From the NCBI RefSeq assembly GCF_000016745.1, contig NC_009483.1, positions 5,100,001-5,132,000 of the forward strand: a stretch of 32,000 nt of DNA, given 5' to 3'. This DNA is from Geotalea uraniireducens Rf4 (GTDB lineage: Bacteria; Desulfobacterota; Desulfuromonadia; Geobacterales; Geobacteraceae). The translations under genes and the position numbers were made by a program. Every line of letters begins with the position of its first letter. Within the stretch, counting starts at the first letter, position 1. The notes under the pieces were generated by a model, which saw only the letters and a program-made list of their open reading frames with translations, did no database searches and was not told the DNA's origin. Below, in pieces: positions 17,868-26,398 of this stretch.

Positions 17868-18629
17868 ATGTTGATTGACACCCACTGCCATCTGGCGGCC
17901 CCCTCCCTTGCCTCCAGACTGCCTGAGGTTATAGATGCCGGCAAGATGGCCGGCGTGGAAAAGTTCATCGTTCCCGGGGTCGGCCCGGAAGACTGGGAGC
18001 TAATCAACGAGCTGCAAATGAACTGGCAGGAGATCTATCCAGCCTTTGGCCTGCATCCCATGCGAGCCGATCTTATTTGCAGCGAAGTTCTGGTACGGCT
18101 GGAATTCCTCTCCCGGTCTGCAGTGGCAATCGGTGAAATCGGCCTTGACTACACGTTAACCGACGTTCCAAGGCAAATACAAATATCCGCATTTCGCAGC
18201 CAGCTTGCACTGGCGTTAAAGTACAATTTGCCGATACTCATCCACTGCCGCAAAGCTTTCCAGGATCTGCTCACCATCCTCAAGGATGTAGATATACGGA
18301 AGGTCGGCGGAGTAATGCACGCCTTTTCCGGCAGCCCGGAAACTGCACAGGAATGCATAAAGCTGGGGCTTTACATTTCTGTAGCCGGAACCGTGACCTA
18401 TTCCAATGCAGTAAGACCTCTGGAAGTGGTGAAAAGAATCCCTCTCCAGCGCCTGCTCCTGGAAACGGACGCACCGGACTTGACACCTGAACCGTATCGG
18501 GGTCAAGCCAACGAACCGGCATTTATTGTTGAAACTGCGCGGAAGGTGGCCCAGATCAAAGGGGTCACAGTAGAAGAAGTCGCGACTGCGACTACTTTGA
18601 ATGCAAATAAATTGTTTCGTTTGATCTAA
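17868..18629 (+). CDS. TatD-family metal-dependent hydrolase/DNase
   Basis: MLIDTHCHL..., IGEIGLDY, ILIHCR, GVMHAFSG, LLETDAPD conserved TatD motifs. 253 aa. Confidence 0.9.
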   Translation: MLIDTHCHLAAPSLASRLPEVIDAGKMAGVEKFIVPGVGPEDWELINELQMNWQEIYPAFGLHPMRADLICSEVLVRLEFLSRSAVAIGEIGLDYTLTDVPRQIQISAFRSQLALALKYNLPILIHCRKAFQDLLTILKDVDIRKVGGVMHAFSGSPETAQECIKLGLYISVAGTVTYSNAVRPLEVVKRIPLQRLLLETDAPDLTPEPYRGQANEPAFIVETARKVAQIKGVTVEEVATATTLNANKLFRLI

Positions 18630-18630
18630 G

Positions 18631-18651
18631 TGGCAAATCGTCTGCTTGCCA
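18631..18651 (+). promoter_or_regulatory. Sigma54-like -24/-12 element (TGGCAAA-N4-CTGCT) that is also a 6-bp palindrome (TGGCAA-N9-TTGCCA), upstream of tcdA
   Basis: GG at 18632-18633 and GC at 18644-18645 have the canonical spacing. The element begins 2 nt after the tatD stop and lies about 55 nt upstream of the tcdA ATG. The same bases form the palindrome, so the interpretation is ambiguous. Confidence 0.25.
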
Positions 18652-18705
18652 AGAGCGCCGGGGATAATCAGAGTCCCCTTGCAAATACAACTCAGAGGTT
18701 AATTA

Positions 18706-19476
18706 ATGTCCAATCTGCACCGTTTTTCCCGCACTGAATTACTCATCGGCCCTCAAGGTCTGGATAAGCTGAAAAACTCGACCGTGGCAGTCTTTGGCCT
18801 GGGCGGCGTCGGCAGTTTTGCCGCCGAGGCTCTCTGCCGAGCCGGAATCGGTCGGCTGGTGATCGTCGACTTCGACGACATCTGCCTGACCAACGTCAAC
18901 CGCCAGCTCCACGCACTGGACGGCACAGTCGGTAAAGCCAAGGCCCTGGTAATGGCCGAACGGCTGAGGCTGATCAACCCGCAGGCCGACATCGTCCCCT
19001 ACAAGGACTTCTACGCCGCCGACAACAGCGATTTCTTCTTGTCTCACGGTTACGACTACGTGGTGGACGCCATTGACCATATCACCAGCAAACTCCACCT
19101 GATCCGAAGCTGCAAGGAAAAAGAGATCCCTATTATTTCCAGCATGGGAGCAGCGGCCAAGCTCGACCCGACACTGATAAAGGTAGCTGACATCGCCGAA
19201 ACCCAGAAATGCCGCATGGCCCGTTCCGTGCGCAAGCTATTAAAAAAACAGGGAATATCCTGCGGGGTCAAGGTGGTGTTTTCCACCGAGGAGTACCGTC
19301 AGCAGGATGTAAAAGACGGCGGCTGCAAGGGGAATTGCATCTGCCCAAACAAGGACGACCAGCGATTCTCCTGCGAGCACCGACGGGTTATTCTCGGCAG
19401 CATTTCCTTCATACCGTCGATTTTCGGACTTACCATGGCCGGGGTGGTGGTAAACGACCTCCTGTCAGCGCATTAA
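18706..19476 (+). CDS. tcdA: tRNA cyclic t6A (ct6A37) dehydratase, ThiF/E1-like
   Basis: FGLGGVGSFAAEALCRAGIGRLVIVDFDDICLTNVNRQ is a Rossmann/ThiF motif. 256 aa, with TcdA/CsdL-like overall length. Confidence 0.8.
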   Translation: MSNLHRFSRTELLIGPQGLDKLKNSTVAVFGLGGVGSFAAEALCRAGIGRLVIVDFDDICLTNVNRQLHALDGTVGKAKALVMAERLRLINPQADIVPYKDFYAADNSDFFLSHGYDYVVDAIDHITSKLHLIRSCKEKEIPIISSMGAAAKLDPTLIKVADIAETQKCRMARSVRKLLKKQGISCGVKVVFSTEEYRQQDVKDGGCKGNCICPNKDDQRFSCEHRRVILGSISFIPSIFGLTMAGVVVNDLLSAH

Positions 19477-19491
19477 TAATTACCACCCTGG

Positions 19492-19519
19492 TTGACCGGA
19501 CATTTTTTGTCGATATACT
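19492..19519 (+). promoter_or_regulatory. Sigma70-type promoter for the ferritin-like/cytochrome pair
   Basis: TTGACC (19492-19497), 16 nt, TATACT (19514-19519), about 45 nt upstream of ATG 19566. Confidence 0.5.
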
Positions 19520-19565
19520 CTTTACAAAAATACACTCTCTATCTGATGCAGAACTGGAGGCGCGT

Positions 19566-20063
19566 ATGGGAAAAGAGTATACGGTACAGGAAGCACTGAA
19601 GCTGGCCATTCAGGCTGAGAAAGACAGTATGGACTTTTATCGGCGGGCTGCATCGGTTACCAGGAATGAGCGGGCAAAAAAGGTTTTCGAGTTGCTGGCC
19701 AATGAAGAAGTGGGACACCTTAAATCCTTTTTTGATCACTACAAGGGAGGAAATTTCGGAGATCTCATGTCGTTCATTGAGTCGCCGCCCAACAAGAAGA
19801 ATGCCACCTACCTGGCCCTGGAGAAAGCCATCGACGAGGAAACCCACGAGCAACTGGCTTTGGAGATCGCCCTCAAGGAAGAAAAATCCTGCATTGACCA
19901 GTACACCATTATTGGTAAGGACATCATTGACCCGCTGGTCAGAGGGATTTTTGAACGTGTGGTAAAAGAGACACAAAACCACTATGACATGATAGAAGAC
20001 GAGTACATGCATATCATGACCATGGTCGACAAATCAGATCAAGACATTTATGTGAGGGAATGA
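19566..20063 (+). CDS. Ferritin-like diiron protein (rubrerythrin family without a rubredoxin domain), 165 aa
   Basis: ATG 19566 follows RBS GGAGG. The four-helix diiron ligand pattern is complete: QAEKD, NEEVGH (ExxH), KEEKS, KETQNH (ExxH). No signal peptide. The track ORF 19209.. is an upstream extension. Confidence 0.8.
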   Translation: MGKEYTVQEALKLAIQAEKDSMDFYRRAASVTRNERAKKVFELLANEEVGHLKSFFDHYKGGNFGDLMSFIESPPNKKNATYLALEKAIDEETHEQLALEIALKEEKSCIDQYTIIGKDIIDPLVRGIFERVVKETQNHYDMIEDEYMHIMTMVDKSDQDIYVRE

Positions 20064-20362
20064 TGCGGCTTCATACATTTATTATGATGTTTCTGGTAGT
20101 ATCTCTTTCCCCTATTTCTCTACTTGCTGCCGCCCGGGAAGATGTGAGAGGAATAAGTTTACGCCAACAAGGGAACAAGATGATTGACGAGAAATGTCTG
20201 GCTTGTCATAATCGGCAGAAAATAGAAGCCGCCCTGAAAGAGCGGAAAAATATGGAAAAGATCACGCAACGAATGGAGAAGAAGGGTGTCGTGCTAAGCG
20301 ACAGGGACCGTCAGGTGCTCGGTCATTTCTGGCAGCAAAATCCTCTGAAGAAGATTAAATAG
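20060..20362 (+). CDS. Small secreted monohaem c-type cytochrome (100 aa)
   Basis: The start overlaps the previous stop (ATGA at 20060-20063). The signal peptide is MMRLHTFIMMFLVVSLSPISLLAAA. A single CLACH motif is present. Confidence 0.7.
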   Translation: MMRLHTFIMMFLVVSLSPISLLAAAREDVRGISLRQQGNKMIDEKCLACHNRQKIEAALKERKNMEKITQRMEKKGVVLSDRDRQVLGHFWQQNPLKKIK

Positions 20363-20395
20363 TGTCTCATCCGGAAACTCCGGATGAGACACTAT
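20359..20395 (+). terminator. 17-bp perfect hairpin overlapping the cytochrome stop codon
   Basis: ATAGTGTCTCATCCGGA (20359-20375), aac loop, TCCGGATGAGACACTAT (20379-20395). The downstream U-tract is weak (tggttt). Confidence 0.55.
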
Positions 20396-20604
20396 TGGTT
20401 TCCAATGTGGAAACGAGGGATTTTTAGTCCTGGCAAGGAAATCGAGGGGTTGCGCGGAGGCGTACATCGGTACGCCGCACAAGCAAGCCTGAAGATTGAC
20501 ACCGCCAGGGCGGAAAAGAACCGTTTCCGGATGGAAACTAAATAATAGCTTTCCCTTGAATACCAAAGAGCGACCGGACATTATATGCCCGGTCGCTCTT
20601 TTTT
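20396..20604 (+). ncRNA. Candidate small RNA or structured 3' UTR, bounded by two terminator-type hairpins
   Basis: No credible ORF is present. The internal hairpins are GTTTCCA-atg-TGGAAAC (20398-20414), GGCGTAC-atcg-GTACGCC (20459-20476) and GTTTCC-ggat-GGAAAC (20523-20538). The stretch ends in a strong plus-oriented intrinsic terminator. Confidence 0.25.
20565..20604 (+). terminator. Intrinsic terminator (strong in the + direction; may also serve the convergent SLT gene)
   Basis: AAAGAGCGACCGG (20565-20577), 11-nt loop, CCGGTCGCTCTTT, continuing into a T6 run (to 20604). On the minus strand only TTTGG follows. Confidence 0.7.
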
Positions 20605-20627
20605 GTAACGATTAGTTATGTGTATAT

Positions 20628-21383
20628 TCAGCCGGCATACTGGGTATAATACCCTTTAACCTTGACCAGGTAATCCCTGGTTTCACGGGGAAGCGATGTC
20701 CCCTTTCTGTCAACATTGCCCGGCCCCCAGTTATAGGCAGCCAGAGCAGACTCCACATTCCCGCCATAACGGTTCAGCATATCCTTTAAAAACCGCGTTC
20801 CTGCCATAACATTCTGTTCGGGATCAAAAGAGTCGCTGACACCCAAGTCTTTGGCAGTCGCCGGCATAAGCTGCATAAGCCCTTGCGCGCCTGCATGTGA
20901 AACCGCATGGGAATTAAAATTGCTTTCTGCTTTTATGACGGCCTTGATAAGGCCCGCATCAACGCCATAGCGGTTAGAAGCTTTACTGATGATGGCATCC
21001 AGTGAGGCACGGTCTGCGTTTTGCGTCCTGTTTTCGGACTTGCTGCCGTCATCCTCCGGCAAAGTAGCTGAGACAGCGGCGCCATTCCGCTCCTGTTCCA
21101 AAAAACTCGACAACGCCTTATTTATGGATTGGCTACTGGGGGGAGGATCGTTATTCGAGGTGTCGTCTCCCAGAGAAACTGCACTCCTTAACATCCGCAG
21201 ATGAAGAATTTCCGCCGCCGTTGCCACTGTAACCGGTGGATTTCCGCTGCCGCTTTTCATATTGCCTGCGGCTGAAAGGGCCTCTTCAAACAGCGCCCCG
21301 CTGCTGTTTCCAGCCGCTTCAATCTGAGCCTTCAGCCGGCTGACATCATTCTGCACCCTTGTTTCTACTTGGTTTATCACCAT
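20628..21383 (-). CDS. Lytic transglycosylase (SLT/GH23 domain) protein, 251 aa, with no recognisable signal peptide
   Basis: The C-terminal half has [36 protein letters not shown]...AYNWGP, the SLT catalytic Glu-Ser motif. The N-terminal ~110 aa are hydrophilic and low-complexity. It starts 8 nt after the upstream gene's stop. Confidence 0.85.
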   Translation of the reverse strand: MVINQVETRVQNDVSRLKAQIEAAGNSSGALFEEALSAAGNMKSGSGNPPVTVATAAEILHLRMLRSAVSLGDDTSNNDPPPSSQSINKALSSFLEQERNGAAVSATLPEDDGSKSENRTQNADRASLDAIISKASNRYGVDAGLIKAVIKAESNFNSHAVSHAGAQGLMQLMPATAKDLGVSDSFDPEQNVMAGTRFLKDMLNRYGGNVESALAAYNWGPGNVDRKGTSLPRETRDYLVKVKGYYTQYAG

Positions 21384-21391
21384 TTTGTTTC

Positions 21392-22792
21392 CTATGAACC
21401 GGATAACGATACATCATTGAACACAAGCTTCTTTTTTTTCAGCTTTTCGATAAGTGTGGTGCGTTTAAGGTTAAGGAGAGTTGCTGCCTCTTTCTTATTT
21501 CCCCCCGTCTTTTCCAGTGCCTGCAAAATCAGCTGATTTTCAAAATCTTCCACAGCACTATTGAGACAGAAGCCGGTATCCGGGAGAGTCAGACGTTCTG
21601 ACTTCGGTGCAGATTTTATGCCACGATATTTTTCAGGAAGATCTTGAAACGTTATTGTGCCGCTCCCCTTGAGGATTACCAGTCGTTCAACAAGATTTTC
21701 CAGTTCACGAACGTTTCCGGGCCAATCAAAATTGCACAATATGTCCATCGTGTTTTTGTCAAAAGATTGAACCTTGCGTTGCTTGTTCCTGTTGAATTTC
21801 TCCAGGAAATTGTTGAGGAGCAAGGGAATATCGGTCTTTCGCTCCCTGAGGGGCGGTAGGGTTATGGGAATCACCGATAGCCGATAATAAAGGTCTTCCC
21901 TGAATATCTTGGAAGCGACCAGATGCTCCAGATTTTGATTAGTAGCGGCAATTATCCGTACATCCACTTTTTTTGTCCTGGCTGCCCCAACCGGTTCCAA
22001 CTCCTTGTTCTGCAACACTCTCAAAAGTTTGACTTGCAAATTCGGTTTCATGTCACCGATTTCATCGAGGAAAAGGGTTCCCCTGTCGGCCATTTCAAAT
22101 CGGCCGATACGTGTCGCCACCGCACCGGTAAACGAGCCCTTTACATGACCAAAAAGTTCGCTTTCCAGCAAATCGTCCGGTATTGCCGCACAATTCACCG
22201 GCACGAAATTTTTCGTAGCGCGATTACTAAGGTCATGTATGGCTCTCGCTACCAGTTCCTTGCCGGTACCCGACTCACCCTGAATGAGAACCGTTGAGTC
22301 GGAGCCTGCCACCTTTTCTATCATCTCGAAGAGAGAAAGCATCCTGTCGCTTTCTCCGATGATGTTGTTCAAGAGGGAACGGTTCTTAATGCAGGGCTTG
22401 GATTTGAAGCTCTGACGCTGGAGGGCCTGGTGCTCCAAACCGCGTTTGACATGTGTTTCAAGTTCTTCCAGATTAAACGGCTTTTCCAGATAAAAGAAAG
22501 CACCCGCCTTAAGCAGGTTAGCCGTCATTTCAAAGTTGGCAAAAGCACTGTAGGCAATGGTTACAATTTCCGGGCGCATGGCTTTCAATTTCTTAATAAA
22601 CTCAAGACCATTGACCCGTGGCATCATGATATCCGTTATAACCATATGCACGTCGTTCAGTTCAATTTTTTCCAGAGCATCCTGGCCATCTGAGGCCTGA
22701 AAAACCTGGTACCCCTTGTAGCTTAAAAAAGCCGCGACAAAATCCCTGGTTTTTTTATCATCATCCGCTATCAGTATCCTGGCGCTGTCCAT
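21392..22792 (-). CDS. Sigma54-dependent transcriptional activator with N-terminal receiver domain (NtrC family response regulator), 466 aa
   Basis: REC domain: ILIADDD...VITDIMMP...LEKPF. AAA+ domain: [21 protein letters not shown] (a GAFTGA variant), FLDEIGD, RIIAATN. The C-terminal Fis-type HTH is [25 protein letters not shown] is present. Confidence 0.92.
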   Translation of the reverse strand: MDSARILIADDDKKTRDFVAAFLSYKGYQVFQASDGQDALEKIELNDVHMVITDIMMPRVNGLEFIKKLKAMRPEIVTIAYSAFANFEMTANLLKAGAFFYLEKPFNLEELETHVKRGLEHQALQRQSFKSKPCIKNRSLLNNIIGESDRMLSLFEMIEKVAGSDSTVLIQGESGTGKELVARAIHDLSNRATKNFVPVNCAAIPDDLLESELFGHVKGSFTGAVATRIGRFEMADRGTLFLDEIGDMKPNLQVKLLRVLQNKELEPVGAARTKKVDVRIIAATNQNLEHLVASKIFREDLYYRLSVIPITLPPLRERKTDIPLLLNNFLEKFNRNKQRKVQSFDKNTMDILCNFDWPGNVRELENLVERLVILKGSGTITFQDLPEKYRGIKSAPKSERLTLPDTGFCLNSAVEDFENQLILQALEKTGGNKKEAATLLNLKRTTLIEKLKKKKLVFNDVSLSGS

Positions 22793-22808
22793 TAATTCCT
22801 CAACTTTA

Positions 22809-22834
22809 TAAGTGAAGTAGCGATGAGCCGATAA
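22809..22834 (+). promoter_or_regulatory. Weak sigma28 (FliA)-like promoter candidate facing cheW
   Basis: TAAG, 14 nt, GCCGATAA (22827-22834), against the consensus TAAA-N15-GCCGATAA. It lies about 300 nt upstream of cheW. A second, poorer candidate is ACCGATTA at 23050-23057. Confidence 0.2.
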
Positions 22835-22888
22835 AACATGAAATTTGACGACAGTATAGTCATAAAAACCGACAAAGTCAATAAAATG

Positions 22889-22908
22889 ACTTGTATATTA
22901 CTTGTATA
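22889..22908 (+). promoter_or_regulatory. Tandem direct repeat ACTTGTATA x2 with 11-bp phasing (candidate regulator binding site)
   Basis: ACTTGTATA occurs at 22889-22897 and at 22900-22908. The adjacent inverted repeat is GTCA-ataaaa-TGAC (about 22877-22890). The site sits in the 337-bp AT-rich divergent intergenic region. Confidence 0.3.
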
Positions 22909-23129
22909 CGTTTTTCCTGATATTTTTTCTTCGGCATTATTTAGCGCGCCTTTTCAGCCGGTTACATTGACGCTTCAAATATTTTAATCCTCGAGAGATT
23001 ATTGCTGCGCAAATGCTCTGAAAAAATGCCTAATATTTATCAACCTGAAACCGATTAGGTAAGAGAATGAATTGTTAAAGCAAACGAAACCCGATTATAT
23101 GGTTGCTGTTGAAAAAGGAGGATCTTGGG

Positions 23130-23627
23130 ATGGAAGCATTATTGCAGGTTAAAGGCGAAGATATGACCGGTGAACTGATTCAGCTGGTCAGTTTCAATCT
23201 GGACCATGAAGAGTACGGGATCAATGTATTGAAAGTCCGGGAAATTATTCGCATGTTAAACGTTACGCGCGTTCCCAACACCCCCTATTACGTTGAAGGA
23301 GTAATTAATTTAAGGGGCAAAGTGATTCCCATTATTTCCTTGCGCAAAAAGTTCAACCTGGCAGAAGCAGACCATGACAAACGTACCCGGATAATGGTCA
23401 TGGAAGTAGGTGGTGAGTTAATGGGATTTATTGTCGACGAAGTGTCGGAAGTTCTGCGGATCTCGGAGAAGGAAATTCAACCCCCTCCCCCCGTCGTCTC
23501 CAGCAACATCGACCAGGAATGCATGTCAGGTGTGATTAACCAGGCTGATCGGCTGCTTGTCCTTCTGAATCTTGAAAAAATGTTCTCCCTCGATGAAAAA
23601 ATGTTGTTCAGCAGCGTGACCATGTAA
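23130..23627 (+). CDS. cheW: Chemotaxis coupling protein CheW
   Basis: ATG 23130 has RBS AAGGAGGA 7 nt upstream. LVSFNLDHEEYGINVLKVREI...VINLRGKVIPIISLRKKF...IVDEVSEVL is the CheW-like domain. The track ORF starts at TTG 23103. Confidence 0.9.
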   Translation: MEALLQVKGEDMTGELIQLVSFNLDHEEYGINVLKVREIIRMLNVTRVPNTPYYVEGVINLRGKVIPIISLRKKFNLAEADHDKRTRIMVMEVGGELMGFIVDEVSEVLRISEKEIQPPPPVVSSNIDQECMSGVINQADRLLVLLNLEKMFSLDEKMLFSSVTM

Positions 23628-23682
23628 CTTTACCTTTTTGCTCAACGGGAATATCCCCGTGAATTTTGTTCCGGAGTAGAAT

Positions 23683-25479
23683 ATGGCTATAGAATGTGAA
23701 GACCAGGAGCTTTTGGAAGGTTTTCTTACCGAAAGCACGGAATTGCTTGAAAAACTCGATGACGATCTGGTTACCCTGGAGAAGTCTCCCTCCGACGCGG
23801 ACCTGTTAAACGGCATATTTCGCTCTATTCATACGGTTAAAGGCGCATCCAGTTTCCTTGGCTTTGATCTTCTGGTAAAGGTTACCCACAAAACCGAGGA
23901 TGTCTTGAACCGGTTGCGCAAGGGCGAGTTGTTTGTAAACCCGGAAATAATGGATGTAATTCTTGAGGCCGTTGATCTCGTAAAGCTTTTGGTCAATGAT
24001 ATCAAGGGTGGGGAAATTCAAGAACGGGAAACCGATGCTACTATTGAAAAGCTCCTGCCATACCTTTCAGAAAATATCACTGCCCCAACGACCCTTTCTG
24101 GGGAATCTGTTAAAGCGGCATCCCCTCCCCCCGCCAAGAATGATGAAATAGCCAAGACTGCATCCAAGGAAGCAGCTTCATGCAATGAACCACAGCCTGA
24201 AGATCTTGCTGAGGAAACTTCCGCTGTTGCCCTGATTAAGGCTAAAGCCCCCATACCCCCAAAGGCAACTGCCGCCAAGGGGGATGAACTTGCCGACAAC
24301 TCTACCGTCAGGGTTGACGTTAAACGACTCGACGACCTCATGAACCAGGTCGGTGAACTGGTCCTTGAGCGCAACAGGATGGTCCAGCTGCATAGTGATT
24401 TCCAGGACGGCCTCGACCCTGCCGGCTTCACAGATGAATTCGGCAAGCTCTCAAAACGCCTGAATTTTGTTACCTCTGAATTACAGATGCAAGTCCTTAA
24501 AATGAGGATGATTCCCGTAGAGAAGGTTTTTAAGAAATTCCCCCGCATTGTTCGTAACTTGGCCCGTGAGTTGGGTAAAGAGGTCGACTTGCAGATTTTC
24601 GGCGAAGAAACCGAGTTGGACCGCTCAGTGGTCGACGAAATCGGTGATCCTCTTATTCACTTGATTCGCAACGCATTGGACCATGGTCTGGAAATTCCCG
24701 AAGAGCGACTGGCCGCCGGCAAACCTAAAAAGGGAACGGTAATACTTTCCGCTACCCATGAAGGAAATCACATCGTCATTAGCATCAAAGATAACGGCCG
24801 GGGAATAAACCCCGACAAGGTGGCCGCAAAGGCAATCGAAAAAGGCTTAATAACCGAAGAGCAGCTTGCCGCTATGGGTGGGCGCGACATTCTTGATCTG
24901 ATCTTTCTGCCCGGCTTTTCCACAAAAGAGAAAGCTACCGACCTGTCAGGCCGTGGCGTCGGCATGGATGTGGTGCGAACCAATATCAAAAAACTCAATG
25001 GGATTATTGAGATCAAAAATGAAATCGGTCAAGGGTCGGAATTTATACTCAAGCTCCCACTCACCCTGGCAATCATACAATCACTTCTGGTGGAAGTTGA
25101 GAGTGAAATTTACTCCATCCCCCTTTCAGCGGTCATTGAAACACTCAAGGTTGAAAAAAGCACGTTTCATCTCATCGGTGGACGAGAAGTTCTAAAGCTG
25201 AGGGAGTCGGTACTGCCATTGATTCGATTACAAAAACTCTTTGGCTGTGTAGACGAGTCACAGGGTAAGAACTCCTGTTATGTAGTGGTAGTCGGTGTTG
25301 CCGAGAAACGTGTAGGGCTGGTAGTCACAAGGCTCTTGGGTCAGCAGGAAGTAGCTATTAAATCTTTGGGAAAGTTTCTGGCCAACCTGCCCGGCATTGC
25401 CGGGTCTACTATCCTTGGTGACGGGCGAGTAGCGCTTATAGTTGATCCTCTTGCTTTTGTCGAAGGTGGAGAAAACTGA
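23683..25479 (+). CDS. cheA: Chemotaxis histidine kinase CheA (598 aa), with no folded P2 domain and no C-terminal receiver
   Basis: P1/Hpt: FRSIHTVKGASSFLGF. A Pro/Ala/Lys-rich linker replaces P2. P3 follows, then P4 HATPase (HLIRNALDHGLE, DNGRGI, GRGVGMD, GSEF). The P5 CheW-like domain forms the C-terminus. Confidence 0.93.
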   Translation: MAIECEDQELLEGFLTESTELLEKLDDDLVTLEKSPSDADLLNGIFRSIHTVKGASSFLGFDLLVKVTHKTEDVLNRLRKGELFVNPEIMDVILEAVDLVKLLVNDIKGGEIQERETDATIEKLLPYLSENITAPTTLSGESVKAASPPPAKNDEIAKTASKEAASCNEPQPEDLAEETSAVALIKAKAPIPPKATAAKGDELADNSTVRVDVKRLDDLMNQVGELVLERNRMVQLHSDFQDGLDPAGFTDEFGKLSKRLNFVTSELQMQVLKMRMIPVEKVFKKFPRIVRNLARELGKEVDLQIFGEETELDRSVVDEIGDPLIHLIRNALDHGLEIPEERLAAGKPKKGTVILSATHEGNHIVISIKDNGRGINPDKVAAKAIEKGLITEEQLAAMGGRDILDLIFLPGFSTKEKATDLSGRGVGMDVVRTNIKKLNGIIEIKNEIGQGSEFILKLPLTLAIIQSLLVEVESEIYSIPLSAVIETLKVEKSTFHLIGGREVLKLRESVLPLIRLQKLFGCVDESQGKNSCYVVVVGVAEKRVGLVVTRLLGQQEVAIKSLGKFLANLPGIAGSTILGDGRVALIVDPLAFVEGGEN

Positions 25480-25487
25480 AGCGCCAG

Positions 25488-26387
25488 ATGGTTCCAGCCC
25501 GAATAAATATAATGGGGAACGAAGTATGTCTTCAAAAACAGATGAGGTATGCCGTGAAAATCTCTGACAAAGATTTCGAGATTCTCAGGGACTATATATA
25601 TAACCTGTGCGGCATTTATTTTCACACCAGCAAAAAGTATTTTCTGGAAAGCCGCCTGGCACGGCGCATGGAAGCGACCGGCAGCAAGAACCATGCGGAA
25701 TACTATCAGCTGGTGAGAAACGGGGCAACCGGCGCCGTGGAACTGAGACGGCTGTTGGACGAGATCACCACGAACGAAACCTGTTTTTTTCGTAACGTGC
25801 CCCAGCTAACGGCCATGGAAAACAAGTTCATCCCGGATATTGTCGCCATCAAGTCAAAAATCGGCTTTCGCAAATTGAGGATTTGGAGTGCCGGATCGTC
25901 TTCAGGGGAAGAAGCCTATACCCTGGCCATGATCTTACTGGAAAAGCGGAATGCGCTCTTGAAGGACTGGATTATAGAAATCGTCGGTACAGACATCAAT
26001 GAAACGGTGATCGCTCAGGCAAAGGAAGGCATATACAACACCTATTCGGTGAGAAACACCCCTGAGTTTTACCGCCGCAAGTATTTTAAGGAAGAGCCGG
26101 GAGAACGCTTTACCCTGGCACCTGAAATCAAGCGGATGGTCAGTTTTTCCCAGTTGAATTTGTACGATGAGAACAAGATGCTTTTTATGAAAAGCTTCGA
26201 TTTCATCTTTTGCGCTAATGTACTCATATACTTCGATCTTGCCTCAAAATCCAAAGTTGTTCAGCATTTTTACAACAACTTGCAACCATACGGTTATTTC
26301 TTTGTCGGACAATCCGAATCATTGCACGGTGTAAGCGATAAATTCAAAACAATCCATTTTCCCGGCGGCTTTGCCTATAATAAGTAA
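25488..26387 (+). CDS. cheR: Chemotaxis protein methyltransferase CheR
   Basis: ISDKDFEILRDYIYNLCGIYF..., TNETCFFRN, RIWSAGSSSGEEAYTLAM (SAM-binding). The start is uncertain: ATGs occur at 25488, 25512 and 25542, and none has a good SD. Confidence 0.88.
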   Translation: MVPARINIMGNEVCLQKQMRYAVKISDKDFEILRDYIYNLCGIYFHTSKKYFLESRLARRMEATGSKNHAEYYQLVRNGATGAVELRRLLDEITTNETCFFRNVPQLTAMENKFIPDIVAIKSKIGFRKLRIWSAGSSSGEEAYTLAMILLEKRNALLKDWIIEIVGTDINETVIAQAKEGIYNTYSVRNTPEFYRRKYFKEEPGERFTLAPEIKRMVSFSQLNLYDENKMLFMKSFDFIFCANVLIYFDLASKSKVVQHFYNNLQPYGYFFVGQSESLHGVSDKFKTIHFPGGFAYNK

Positions 26388-26398
26388 GGAAAAGCAAT

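Noticed and set aside
20294-20581. 95-aa minus-strand ORF in the cytochrome 3' end and non-coding segment.
   Set aside because: It overlaps the cytochrome gene and runs through two hairpin structures. It has no RBS or recognisable motif, so the region is better explained as non-coding RNA or UTR.
20396-20604. A possible riboswitch (e.g. a GEMM c-di-GMP/cGAMP class common in Geobacter) or 6S RNA identity for the non-coding segment.
   Set aside because: No + strand gene lies downstream for a riboswitch to control. I could not align the GEMM-I conserved blocks (GGCAAA...ACGCAAAGC) convincingly. 6S identity cannot be judged by eye, so it is left as an unnamed sRNA candidate pending an Infernal scan.
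22932-22946. Sigma54-like CGGCATTATTTAGCG upstream of cheW.
   Set aside because: The -24 box is imperfect (CGGCAT) and the GG-to-GC spacing is 1 nt too short. There is no supporting conservation evidence.
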